From positions 88,846,001 through 88,910,000 of the forward strand of contig OZ024747.1 of the NCBI GenBank assembly GCA_964016885.1: a stretch of DNA of 64,000 nucleotides. The letters run 5' to 3'. Positions within the stretch are counted from its first letter, which is position 1, and each line of letters starts with the position of its first letter. Below, one piece after another: positions 31,306 through 44,989 of the stretch. The translations under genes were made by a program, and so were the position numbers. Origin of the DNA: Eledone cirrhosa. Its lineage: Eukaryota. Under the pieces are notes generated by a model. That model worked only from the letters and a program-made list of their open reading frames with translations. It searched no databases and was not told the DNA's origin.

Positions 31306-32512
31306 TGATATGAAATAATGACATCCTAAATACTGTAAGATTAGAAGGCAAATTAGATAGCCTATGCTATACCTTTCCAGAAAGAGTTCAATCTGAGGTT
31401 CAAGTTGAACAAGATAACTTTACAGTCAAGTGGAGCCTTATCAGTTTGAGATTTATAGTTTTGCCTAAGTTAATTGGGTGGTAGACAATTAGAAAGTAAA
31501 ACATTGGTAATCCAATATTTAATAGTACTACTACTACATAGTAACTTTCAATACAAATTTATTTTTAAAACAATTTGATTTCAATGGAAAATGGTTAATT
31601 TTTTATCAAATTAAGTTAGTAATATGTTAATATAAAGAGTGCAGTGCTTATGCACAGAAACACTATAAGAGAGCTTATAAAACAAGGTGAGGGCCCTTAA
31701 AAACAGTTTGAGGATTGCACAATTATTTCTGTCGCCACAGAATTACGTTCTGTGTTATTATTATATCCTCATTTCAGTTTAACAGTTCTACAGTTTATTG
31801 TGCTTCATTGTGTTGAAATTGAAATTTATAATTTACTGTTCCTTGTTCAATTACTTACACACACAAGGAAATAAACAAGATATGACACTTTATCACTGTA
31901 ATATCCATACTGTTCAATATGATTAGCAATGAAATTTAGACAAAAAAATACCCATTATGATAAATATTAGATAAAAGAATTCAATAGAATGTAAACTATA
32001 TTTTGGGCTTTACATATTCCTATAGCATTTAAACCGGTCATATCCGACCAGAATTCTCTCACCTCTTTCTGTTCAAACTGGCTGAAAGTGGCTGTTCATC
32101 CTGACATTAAAGTATTGTTCTCAAAATAAATAACATCAAATCTGATAGATTTGATATTAAGTGAGATAAAGCCTTTACTGCAAAAATACATATATACAAA
32201 AATTTATAGAGAGTAAAGGGTTAATTGACCGATGTTGTGGATGGTACTTTCTGGTCCAAATCTTTCTATAAATCTATCTTATGATAATAGATAAACCATC
32301 CCAATGTATAAATACAATCCTAAATAACTATATATCATTGGAATCATTAACAACCTAATGAGTTCCAGGACATTACACTTATCAGTTGCTTGGAATAAGG
32401 ATAGGGAACACGGAAGCAACAGAGGATTAAATGATATATAGGATCAGATATAGTTTATCTATTTATCCAATGTTTTTTCTTTTCCTCTAGTCAACTGATG
32501 TTGTTACATGGT

Positions 32513-32835
32513 TACTCTCGGGTACCAAATAATAGGGGAGGGTTTGGAATAAGCAAAGGAGGGTGAAAAATCAGTAATTATTCTAGGTTGTCGCCATTGA
32601 TTTTGATAACATATGGCATTTCTAGTAATGTATTTTTTTTTTGTCATGTTTAATGCTTTTTAATGTATAAAGAAAATTAATTGTCGCAGATATGTTACCA
32701 TTTAAAATAAAATTTCGCTGGAGATTGATTAGAAAAATTTAATAGGGGATGGGTGTAGAATAAGGTCTGGGGGGAATCTAAAAAATTAATAGGGATTTGG
32801 GGGGCGATTATTTGAGACCCCGAGATCTGAGAGTA
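32513..32835. mobile_element. MITE with TACTCTCGGG...CCCGAGA(GTA) ends; related ends at 29234, 60709 and 61819
   Basis: TACTCTCGGGTACCAAATAATAGGGG ... ATTATTTGAGACCCCGAGA. Superfamily not assigned. Confidence 0.55.
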
Positions 32836-33482
32836 AATCATTGTTATTACAAGTTTCTCATTCACAACATTGCCCTCCCCCCTCTCTCTCTCTCAGTAAA
32901 TTAACCTTATATTACAAGTTTCTCACTCACAACTCTTCCTCTCTCCTAGTCAGTCATTTTCACTACATAGTATGGCAATCAGTGAGGCAAATTAAAAGAA
33001 TATCCTTAGTTCTGATCCTGCCGGGTACTATGTATACAATCCTGAAAACCTGTTATACTTCATTTTATATACACATATATACACCAGGTCCAAACACAAA
33101 ATAACCAAACTCCCACTGTCACTGCCTCCATCTCTCCTGCTCTCCTCATCTCTCAATATTGTGAGCAAATGGGGCCCACGCTCAATCACTGTTCAAGCTG
33201 GCTTTTCTTACTAATTTTACTTGATGTCAGACATGTCATTTAACTTTCTAATATTTACTTTATATTTATGGTTATCAATTAATTTTTAACAGTTATGTAG
33301 TGGGAATGCTATTAAACAATTTAGCTGTTTACTGACACCCATTAGACCACTACCAATTTGTATTGACTATTCTGTCTTGAAAATACATAAATTTAAATAT
33401 ATTTTGTCAGCTGTCAAATTAAAAAATATAAAATTATGTATTTATTATCATTTTTTTTTTTTTTTGTAATTTCTAATTGCAG

Positions 33483-34505
33483 GTGTTTTACTATAGTCAG
33501 AATGTTAATAGAAGTTCTCTGGATTATAACAGTCTTTGCCAACAACTGCCAATTTTGTTGACTACCTCTTAACCTCTCTGTGATGTACTTGCTTTAAAAT
33601 GAGTGACAACTATGATTGCATGGAAGTGTCCATGTCTGCATCCTCTAATACCACTTTGGAATACTGTGATGATCTTTATGATGAGTCCGGGACCAACTCT
33701 GCAGTGCTGTATGCCATGTCAGCTGCTGACAGCACAGCACAGAATCAGGAAACTTGTAGAAAGAAAAATCCCCAGAAAAGATCATTGTCGAAAGGAATGA
33801 AACCATCTAGCCTCGATAGCTCAACCAGTGGTTATTCCATCAGTAGCAATGTGCCGTTTCTTAAAGGTCGGACTGAAAAAGATGAGTATGTACGTTGTGC
33901 TGTGAATGCAACTAATATTGGCAATGATGACGACGAAAGAGAATGTGGTTTGGGAGGATTTCGGCCGGAATGCCTCAATGTCTGTGCAAATATTAGATCT
34001 TTTGTCTTTTTTATGTGTCTATTGTTAATTGTTACTGGATCGTTATCTACAGGTTATTTGAACAGTGTTATAACAACTATTGAGAAACGATTTGAAATTG
34101 GAAGTTCAATATCAGGACTAATTGCTGCTTCTTATGAATTCGGATCACTTGTAGCAGTAATTTTTGTCAGCTACCTTGGCAGTAGAAGACACATTCCAAA
34201 ATGGATCGGTGTTGGAGTTGTGTTCATGGGATTTGGAGCTATTTTTTTCTCAATGCCTCATATCATAGCTGAAAAATATACATTAAAAGACAAGATCATT
34301 AACAGTACCAAGGAAAACATCTGCCGGTCAATAGCAGGTGGAGCTGGTAATCGCTGTATTGATAAAAACTCTGGTAACTGGAAATACGTCTTGATATTAA
34401 TCATTTCACAAGTTCTCATCGGTACTGGAGGAACACCAATACTTACTCTCGGAACTACATATGTTGATGATCATGTGACCAAAGAAAAAGCCCCATTATA
34501 TCTTG
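33483..34505 (+). CDS. SLCO/OATP organic anion transporter (SLCO5A1/Oatp30B-like), first coding exon; CDS 33599-34505 preceded by 116 nt of 5'UTR
   Basis: Polypyrimidine tract plus TTGCAG acceptor ending at 33482, ATG at 33599, donor G|GTAAGT at 34505/34506 (phase 1). The translation carries OATP hallmarks: GYLNSVITTIEKRFEIGSSISGLIAASYEFG, FVSYLGSRRHIPKWIG, GTPILTLGTTYVDD. Confidence 0.95.
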
Positions 34506-34762
34506 GTAAGTTTTCATATTCTATTTTGCTTTAATTCTTTATATTTTGAAAAGTAGCCTTTTATATTAAAAAAATTAAGATAAGGTATATAAATTATTTA
34601 TTTAAAGTATCTAATATGCTTTAATAAAGGGTGGTGGATTAGCAGAATAAAATAAATAATATCAAAATCTCATAGATTCGATATTATGTGAAATAATTAT
34701 GTGAGGTAAAATCTTTACCATGAAAATACAATAGTAAATACAGAGTAATGAGAATGCTAAAG

Positions 34763-34954
34763 CAGACCTGTCAACTCTCCCGGTCTGATAGGGAGATCTC
34801 CCGTCCACTTTGGGGTGGGCAAGAGATGTCTTCTCTTGTGAAAATGGGTGTACCTTGCATTATGTAAAATCTCCCCATTTTACCTCATTTCTTCGTTTTG
34901 GGGCACTTTTTGTCCTGGTGCTCCCGTTCGGGTTTTTAGAGGTTGGCAGGTCTG
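34763..34954. mobile_element. MITE inserted in the terminal repeat of a piggyBac-like MITE
   Basis: CAGACCTGTCAAC ... GTTGGCAGGTCTG terminal inverted repeats, with CTAAAG duplicated on both sides. Confidence 0.7.
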
Positions 34955-35587
34955 CTAAAGGGTTCAAATGCTCTGGTTGTGGCAGGAGGAAGAGAGAAAA
35001 TTATTCTCAGACTTGACAAAAAAATTGGTTTGAATGCTTGCAACTGTGGAACATAGTACAGGTTTGATGAAAAGGTTTTAACGTTGTTAACTTACCTGTA
35101 CAAAGATATTTTGAAATATTAATATACAAACACACATACATATATGTAGCAATATAATATCTCTTGAATAATGCTATGAAAGCTTCACAGTGACACCTAA
35201 TGCTATTTCATTTGGCCATTAATGAGTGTTGCTTTGGAAAACTTTGGTTCTGCTACATTGACTTCTAATTATGCTATATGGAGAAATTCACATGTATCTA
35301 GGCTTGGCCTAGTTTCAATACTTCAAGATAAAAGCTTTGTACTTTGCTTCTATACATTAATGAGCTCTGAAACTCATGTTATACATCTATCTATCTCTAT
35401 TGTATTTTATATAAGATACCCATTAAAAACAAAACAAATCCCCACAAAAAACGTTTGTGTCAAAAATCGAATAAAGAACATTTCTGCATATGTATTGAAG
35501 CAAGACAAAGTTTCTTCAAAAGAATATTTGATGAAAAGCAGGAATATGGGAACAGTATAACTCATTATTGGATAACTTATCAATAAT

Positions 35588-37040
<1,453 letters not shown>

Positions 37041-37619
37041 AACTTTTAAGGAAAACTATTTTGAAATTTGAACTATCATGTATCATTTCCAAGTAATAGA
37101 TTACTTATAGTTATTAATTCCCCTGTCAATTTATATATGAAATATTATTATATATACTGATAAGTTGAGTTTAAAATGTCTGTAGTTATAATTATTTGGC
37201 ACGGAACAGAATTTTAGTTAAACTCAATTACAGAAGAAAAGTAATCATCATCATCATCATCATCATGCAAGGAATTAGAAAAATATTCAATAAGAAAACT
37301 AAAACTATATATTTTTCAAATTAAATATCTTAAATATAATTTCACAGCAATCACGAAAATATTCTCTTTATAAATCACATTAAACATTAAAGTTTCATAA
37401 CAGTATATAACAAATATAAATATATTTAATCTGAGTTGATCAAAGATTTTCAGCTCCTCCTCCTCATAATCATTATTATCCTCCTCCCCTTCTGCATCCT
37501 CCTCCCCTTCTGCATCCTCCTCCCCTTCTGCATCCTCCTCCTCTTCTGCATCCTCCTCCTCCTTCACTTTGATTGAGAGTCAAAGTCTTTCCCCCAATAA
37601 AACACCTCAGTATTTTAGT

Positions 37620-39622
37620 GAATGTTATTGTAGGAGAACATCAACTGACCACTGCTTGTCAATGTTACTGTAGGAGGACATCAACTGACCATTGTCAGTC
37701 AATGTTACTGTAGGACATCAACTGACCATTGTCAGTCAATGTTACTGTAGGACATCAACTGACCCCTGTCAGTCAATGTTACTGTAGGATATCATCTGAC
37801 CCCTGTCAGTCAATGTTACTGTAGGAGGACATCAATTGACCACTGCTTGTCAATGTTACTGTAGGACATCAACTGACCATTGTCAGTCAATGTTACTGTA
37901 GGAGAACATCAACTGACCACTGCTTGTTAATATTACTGTAGGAGAACATCAACTGACCACTGCTTGTCAATGTTACTGTAGGAGGACATCAACTGACCAC
38001 TGCTTGTCAATGTTACTGTAGGAGGACATCAACTGACCACTGCTTGTCAATGTTACTGTAGGAGGACATCAACTGACCACTGCTTGTCAATGTTACTGTA
38101 GGAGGACATCAACTGACCACTGCTTGTCAATGTTACTGTAGGAGGACATCAACTGACCACTGCTTGTCAATGTTACTGTAGGAGGACATCAACTGACCAC
38201 TGCTTGTCAATGTTACTGTAGGAGGACATCAACTGACCATTGTCAGTCAATGTTACTGTAGGACATCAACTGACCATTGTCAGTCAATGTTACTGTAGGA
38301 CATCAACTGACCATTGTCAGTCAATGTTACTGTAGGACATCAACTGACCCCTGTCAGTCAATGTTACTGTAGGATATCATCTGACCCCTGTCAGTCAATG
38401 TTACTGTAGGAGGACATCAATTGACCACTGCTTGTCAATGTTACTGTAGGACATCAACTGACCATTGTCAGTCAATGTTACTGTAGGAGAACATCAACTG
38501 ACCACTGCTTGTTAATATTACTGTAGGACATCAACTAACCATTGTCAGTCAATGTTACTGTAGGACATCAACTGACCATTGTCAGTCAATGTTACTGTAA
38601 GACATCATCTGACCCCTGTCAGTCAATGTTACTGTAGGAGGACATCAACTGACCACTGCTTGTCAATGTTACTGTAGGAGGACATCAACTGACCATTGTC
38701 AGTCAATGTTACTGTAGGACATCAACTGACCATTGTCAGTCAATGTTACTGTAGGACATCAACTGACCCCTGTCAGTCAATGTTACTGTAGGATATCATC
38801 TGACCCCTGTCAGTCAATGTTACTGTAGGAGGACATCAATTGACCACTGCTTGTCAATGTTACTGTAGGACATCAACTGACCATTGTCAGTCAATGTTAC
38901 TGTAGGAGAACATCAACTGACCACTGCTTGTTAATATTACTGTAGGACATCAACTGACCATTGTCAGTCAATGTTACTGTAAGACATCATCTGACCCCTG
39001 TCAGTCAATGTTACTGTAGGAGAACATCAACTGACCACTGCTTGTCAATGTTACTGTAGGAGGACATCAACTGACCATTGTCAGTCAATGTTACTGTAGG
39101 ACATCAACTGACCATTGTCAGTCAATGTTACTGTAGGACATCAACTGACCCCTGTCAGTCAATGTTACTGTAGGATATCATCTGACCCCTGTCAGTCAAT
39201 GTTACTGTAGGAGGACATCAATTGACCACTGCTTGTCAATGTTACTGTAGGACATCAACTGACCATTGTCAGTCAATGTTACTGTAGGAGAACATCAACT
39301 GACCACTGCTTGTTAATATTACTGTAGGACATCAACTAACCATTGTCAGTCAATGTTACTGTAGGACATCAACTGACCATTGTCAGTCAATGTTACTGTA
39401 AGACATCATCTGACCCCTGTCAGTCAATGTTACTGTAGGAGGACATCAACTGACCACTGCTTGTCAATGTTACTGTAGGACATCAACTAACCATTGTCAG
39501 TCAATGTTACTGTAGGACATCAACTGACCATTGTCAGTCAATGTTACTGTAGGACATCATCTGACCACTGTCAGTCAATGTTACTGTAGGAGGACATCAA
39601 CTGACCACTGCTTGTCAATGTT
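37620..39622. repeat. 37/40-bp minisatellite with higher-order structure
   Basis: Units AATGTTACTGTAGG(AGG)ACATCAACTGACC-(ATTGTCAGTC or ACTGCTTGTC); about 50 units. Confidence 0.95.
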
Positions 39623-40091
39623 ATATGTTTCTAATAATTATATTTTTCTCCTCAAACTACCAAAACACACATCTAATTGTATATGTGCTACAATTTATGT
39701 ACATGTTATGTTTATCGCATATCAAAGTTTTTTTATATCTTGGTTGATATTTGATAATAACAGCTAAACTAATCACTACAACTAAAGTGAGCAAATTTGA
39801 CCACCACCACCACCACCTCTTTCAATTCAGAAATGCTTCCACCACCCCTCATTTGATCATAGGCAAGTCTGCTTGTTTAGAACTGACTTGGAGCTAAATA
39901 ACAAAAACAATCTGGTTTATAATTTTTGCTTTACAATAGGTAGACATGGGCTCCCTAAGCCACAGTGAAGGCAACCTATCTAGGAGAGTTGTGACTTTGA
40001 ATAAAAACTGATACAGGATATAAGGGATCTTTAAGTCCTGTCTGACAGCCTCTGCAGTGTTGGTGGCATGAGACAGGATATTGGGGATCGC

Positions 40092-40293
40092 TAATCCTTT
40101 AGCATTTAAACCGGCCATATTCGGCCACAATTCTCTCACCTCTTTCTGTTCAAACCGGCTGTAACTAGCCACTTATACTGATGTTAAGGTTTTATTCTCA
40201 AAATAGATAACATCTAAATCTCATAGATCCGATGTTATGTGAGATAAAGTGTTTACTGTAAATATAGAGTAATATAAATGCTAAAAGGGTTAA
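40092..40293 (+). mobile_element. piggyBac-like MITE
   Basis: Same internal sequence and ends as 2184-2399. Confidence 0.8.
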
Positions 40294-41156
40294 GTCCTGT
40301 CTGACAGCCTCTGTACTGTTGGTGGCATGATAAAAGGCATCCAGTTCAAACTGTAAAGTGGTTGGTGTTAAGAGGAATATGGCATGGTATGGGCCCATAA
40401 CTCCTGGGGGAGACATAAGTGTGCCATATTAATATATGGCGTTTCTTAGGGCATTTTAAAATCTGGTGGAGCCCATCTCCTCTCTAGGTCTGAATACAGC
40501 AGATTTCTTCCAGAGAAGGATAGAAAATGAGAGAAAGGTAGTGAGAAAGAGATATAGAGGAAGAATCGATCGCCACTATTAGACTGGTACTTCTTTTGCT
40601 AACCTTAAATGGATGAAAGGCAAGGAAGAGTATATAACCAGAAAAACCCTGCCAAAATTATGGAAAGCATACACAGACAGTCCAACCCATGCAAGCATGA
40701 AAATCAAAACAAAAAAAGAAAATGGACGTAAAATGATGATGAATACTTTATCCCAGCCCTTAAACCATTCACCTAGAGTAGTTCAGTAACAAAAGAAAAC
40801 AATAACAACAACAACTAAAACAAACTATTATATGCAAGGTATTTATAGATTAGTTATATTAGAAAAATGTTCTGTAACATATATAAGAGATCAAAAAAGC
40901 TATGTCGTGTTTCATTCAATGGTGGCTTTGATGTTATGAATGCAGTTCAGTCACTGCCCAAAACTGATGCTGGGCAGGCAAAGATTTCATTGCACAATCC
41001 AATGAATAGACAATCAATAGACGTAACAAAATTTATGGGTACATTAAATGATTGTAGTATTGATCTTAATTGTCTTAAAATTCTGAATAAATGTGGCAAG
41101 TAACAACTAGAGTGTAGCAGAGCAAGTGATAATGTGTGTGTGTGTGTGCATGTATG

Positions 41157-41187
<31 letters not shown>

Positions 41188-41220
41188 CGAGAGAGAGAGA
41201 GAGAATTATATATGTGTGTG

Positions 41221-41281
<61 letters not shown>

Positions 41282-41335
41282 ATATGTAGGTATGTGTATG
41301 TATGTATGTACATAAATATATATATATATATATAT

Positions 41336-41529
41336 ATAGGAAAAAGTATGACCCCGACGGCAGAGCTCAAGCCGTTTCGACGACTATTTCTGGACTCAGA
41401 AATAGTCATTGAAACGGCTTGAGCTCTGCCGTTGGGGTCATACTTTTTCCTATTACCCACTCTACTACCCTAAGTATTGAGTACTCTGGTGTGTTATGGT
41501 CCATCTGGTTCCTTACCACAATTCCTTCG

Positions 41530-41531
<2 letters not shown>
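41336..41531. mobile_element. Fold-back palindromic insertion in (TA)n with a hammerhead 3' half; partial extra arm at 41622-41672
   Basis: 57-bp arms at 41336-41392 and 41397-41453 (three mismatches, all at CpGs), loop GACT, motif GAAACGGC-ttgagctct-GCCGTC. The right side extends about 78 nt further. Confidence 0.75.
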
Positions 41532-41571
<40 letters not shown>

Positions 41572-41727
41572 ATGTAGGTATGTGTATGTATGTACATAAA
41601 TATATATATATATATATATATATAGGAAAAAGTATGACCCGACGGCAGAGCTCAAGCCGTTTCGACGACTATTATATATATGTGTGTGTGTATATATATG
41701 CTAGCGTGAAAGATGGACGTTAAACGA

Positions 41728-41767
<40 letters not shown>

Positions 41768-42302
41768 ATATATATTTATATATATGCATACACATCTTGC
41801 CAAATGTCTTTTGTCTGCACACGCCTCTATTACACAAATATTCTCTTTTTTTATCAATGAAAGGCTGTGTATCTTTGTATATGTGGATCTGTCTGTGTGT
41901 GTGTATATGTGGATCTGTGTGTGTGTGTGTATATGTAGATCTGTGTGTGTGTGTGTGTGTGTAATGAAATGCTGTGTATCTTTGTATATGTGGATCTGTG
42001 TGTGTGTGTATATGTGGATCTGTATGTGTGTGTGTGAGAGAGTTGAAGTACCCTTGACCATGTGCCAATTTTCAGTGCTTAATTACACTTACCATAGTGA
42101 AATGAAAGGACCCAGGGTGTCCTGAGTGAAAAGTGTGTGTGTATGTGTGTGTGTGTCTACATTGTGCGTGTCTATGTATGTATGTTCACACATATTAAAA
42201 AGGAGATCACATATAAATGTAAAGAGAAGTATATATACATACACACACATAAATATATATATATATATTACACACACACATATATATATATATGCACGCG
42301 CA

Positions 42303-42359
<57 letters not shown>

Positions 42360-43267
42360 TACGTGTGTAAAGATGAAGCAAGGGAGAAAAAAGTGAGGTA
42401 TAGACACAAAAATCAAAGAGTTAGATGGAAGACAAAAATAATTTTGAAGTATGAAACAGAGAAAAGACTGTAGGGGTCAACATGGAGAGAGAGAGAGAGA
42501 GAAGGGGAGAGAGTGGAAGAGGATGAGAGAAAGTTAGGGAGAGCGAGGAAGGGAGAAGGAGGAGATGATTTCAGTGTTAAAATCAAGTTATTTCTCAATA
42601 GTTATGAACTGTTTTACATAAATCAATATCACTTTCTTTCAAAAGTCTTAAAAGTGTTTTCAGCTTTAAATAACTTTTGAAGATGTCTTTCATTTTTTTT
42701 ATCATCATTTTTCTTCTGTTTTCCTCCACCCTACCACCCTCCACCCTACCATCCTCCACCCTACCACCTCCATCCCCTCTGCTACATCTGTTTCCTCCAC
42801 TCTGCCACCCTACCACCCTCTCTATTGCATTTGTTTCCTCCACCCAGCCACCCTCCAGCCTGCCATCCTCTCTGTTGCATCTATCAGTTAATAATGGTGT
42901 TGGTAAAAAAGTAGACAAATAGTCAATCTGGAGAGACATATATTGATCACTTGATCAACCCTCTGGGTGTCTATTGAAATAGTTACCATTATATGAAGCA
43001 TTATATAAGGAACAAGTGAGATTTCTCCTACTAAGTTGTTTAACCCTTTCTCTATCAAATTTCTAATGAAATACACTATCTATATAATTCAATGAAATGA
43101 TAATTGCCAAAGTAAATAATTAGTTAGCTTGTGTGTTGGTTTACATCTCTATGACTCAGATTGGAAATTTCAACAAAAGTGTTGTATGTTGATGTGTCAT
43201 TAAGTGTAATCTTATGTTTCGAGTGGGTGTTGAGGCAGGGGCTTGTTGGTGGAAGAAGAACGTGGCT

Positions 43268-43483
43268 TTAACTCTTTAGCATTTAAACCGGCTGTATCTG
43301 GCCAGAATTCTTTCACCGCTTTCTGTTCAAACCGGTCATAATTGGCTGCTCATATTTATGTTAAGGTATTGTTCTCAAAATAAATAATATCAAAATCTTG
43401 TAGATTCAATATTATGTGAGATAAAATGTTTACCATGAAAATACAATAGTATATAGAGAGTAATGTAAATACTAAAGGGTTAA
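43268..43483 (+). mobile_element. piggyBac-like MITE, complete copy
   Basis: TTAA-CTCTTTAGCATTTA ... TAAATACTAAAGGG-TTAA. Confidence 0.85.
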
Positions 43484-43929
43484 TTCCTGATGGAATTGTA
43501 AGGGTGCCATCATGACACCTGCTGTGTCTGGGGCATTCTAACCACATGCCCATAATATCAGAGCTGTGATCTCTCAATTCAGGGAAGTAGCAGCTCTACT
43601 TGGAGTGACTCCCTGATCTCCGAGAGTCACTCCAAGTAGAGATCACTATTGCATGTGTTAACTCTTCACAGCTGTACCATTATCACTGTTTGTACTGTTA
43701 CTACCTTTACTAATGATTCTGTTACTAAGTATATTATTGCTTTCAAGTTTTGTAATGAATCCCTCTATCCAAGATGTTGACCTTCAATATTTACCAACTT
43801 ATCTTCCTTCTAAAAATAACTTTCTAATGTAGATTCTTTCAATATTTACATTCTTCATGATTATTTAACATCTCTGGGCCTGTAGGTCTTGTTGTTGAGA
43901 TTCCATAACATATTATCTTTATAATAGAA

Positions 43930-44490
43930 ATGTTAGAGCATCGGATAACATGCTTTGCAGCATATAGTTACATCCCTTTACATTCTGTGTTCAAATCCCA
44001 CCAATGTTAGCTTTGCCTTTCGTCCTTATGGGGTCGATAAAATAAAGTACTAGTCAAGTACTGGTGTTGATTTAATTGACTTTCTCCTCCACACAAAAAT
44101 CACTCACCTTGTTCCTAGCGGTGGATTGGTAGTATCGGTAGAGTAGAGTGTCGGACAACATGCTTTGCAGCATAGAGTTACATCCCTTTCCATTCTGAGT
44201 TCAAATCCTGCCAAGGTTAGCTTTGTCTTCCATCCTTATGAGGTCAATAAAATAAAGTACCAGTCAAGTATTGGGGTTGATTTGACTTTCTTCCCTACAC
44301 AAAAATTACTGGCCTTGTGCTTAAATCAGAAACCATTATATTACTGGTATTTAATCATGACTTTCTATATTCTGAGTTCAAATTCAGCCGAAGTCAACTT
44401 TGCCTTTCATCCTTACGGGGTCGATAAAATAAAGTACCAGTAATACACTGGGATAATTGCTGGCCTTGTGCCAAAAGTAGAAACAATTAT
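43930..44490 (+). mobile_element. Three tandem SINE copies just upstream of SLCO exon 2
   Basis: Repeated GTTCAAAT...CTTTGCCTTTCATCCTTA.GGGGTCGATAAAATAAAGTACCAG. Further copies occur at about 23050-23215(-), 26100-26260(-), 50245-50350(+), 52155-52345(+), 59745-59950(+) and 60362-60520(+). Confidence 0.8.
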
Positions 44491-44580
44491 TATTAGTAGT
44501 ATAATAATGAAACTAACAATTTTACATATATAAATTATTTATATTTTTCTCTCTCTCTTTTTTTACTTTTCTCATTTCAG

Positions 44581-44892
44581 CTTTTATTTATGCGACAGCT
44601 GCTTTGGGTCCTGTTGTTGGATATGCCCTTGGAGCGCTACTTTTGCAGTTCTATGTTGACCTGTTTTCCTACAATGTTTCCCTGACCCCTTCAGATCCTC
44701 GCTGGATTGGAGCTTGGTGGGGTGGTTTCATTATCTGTGGGGTAGTTCTAATCCTTATGTCCCTTCCATTTTTTGCCTTCCCCAAAGTTCTCAGTAAAGA
44801 GAAGCGCAAGATACTGGAAAACAAAACCAAAGAGCTTCTTCTTAATGAGGAAGACCAGATAGCTAATAAAGAATATGGCCGGACCATAAAAG
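44581..44892 (+). CDS. SLCO/OATP coding exon 2 (312 nt)
   Basis: TTTCAG acceptor at 44580 and G|GTAAGC donor. Reads (A)FIYATAALGPVVGYALG...DPRWIGAWWGGF, the OATP signature, in frame with the previous exon. Confidence 0.95.
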
Positions 44893-44989
44893 GTAAGCTG
44901 ATTAATATTTACTGTTCTTTCAACTCTCGTTAACAATTTCTTTCATCATCATCACCTCATTGTTGTCATCATTTAACATCTGTTCTCCC

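Noticed and set aside
34506-34534. ORF-track C-termini running past the SLCO exons (also 44893-44933)
   Set aside because: Read-through into introns; consensus GT donors and phase-compatible downstream exons define the true ends.
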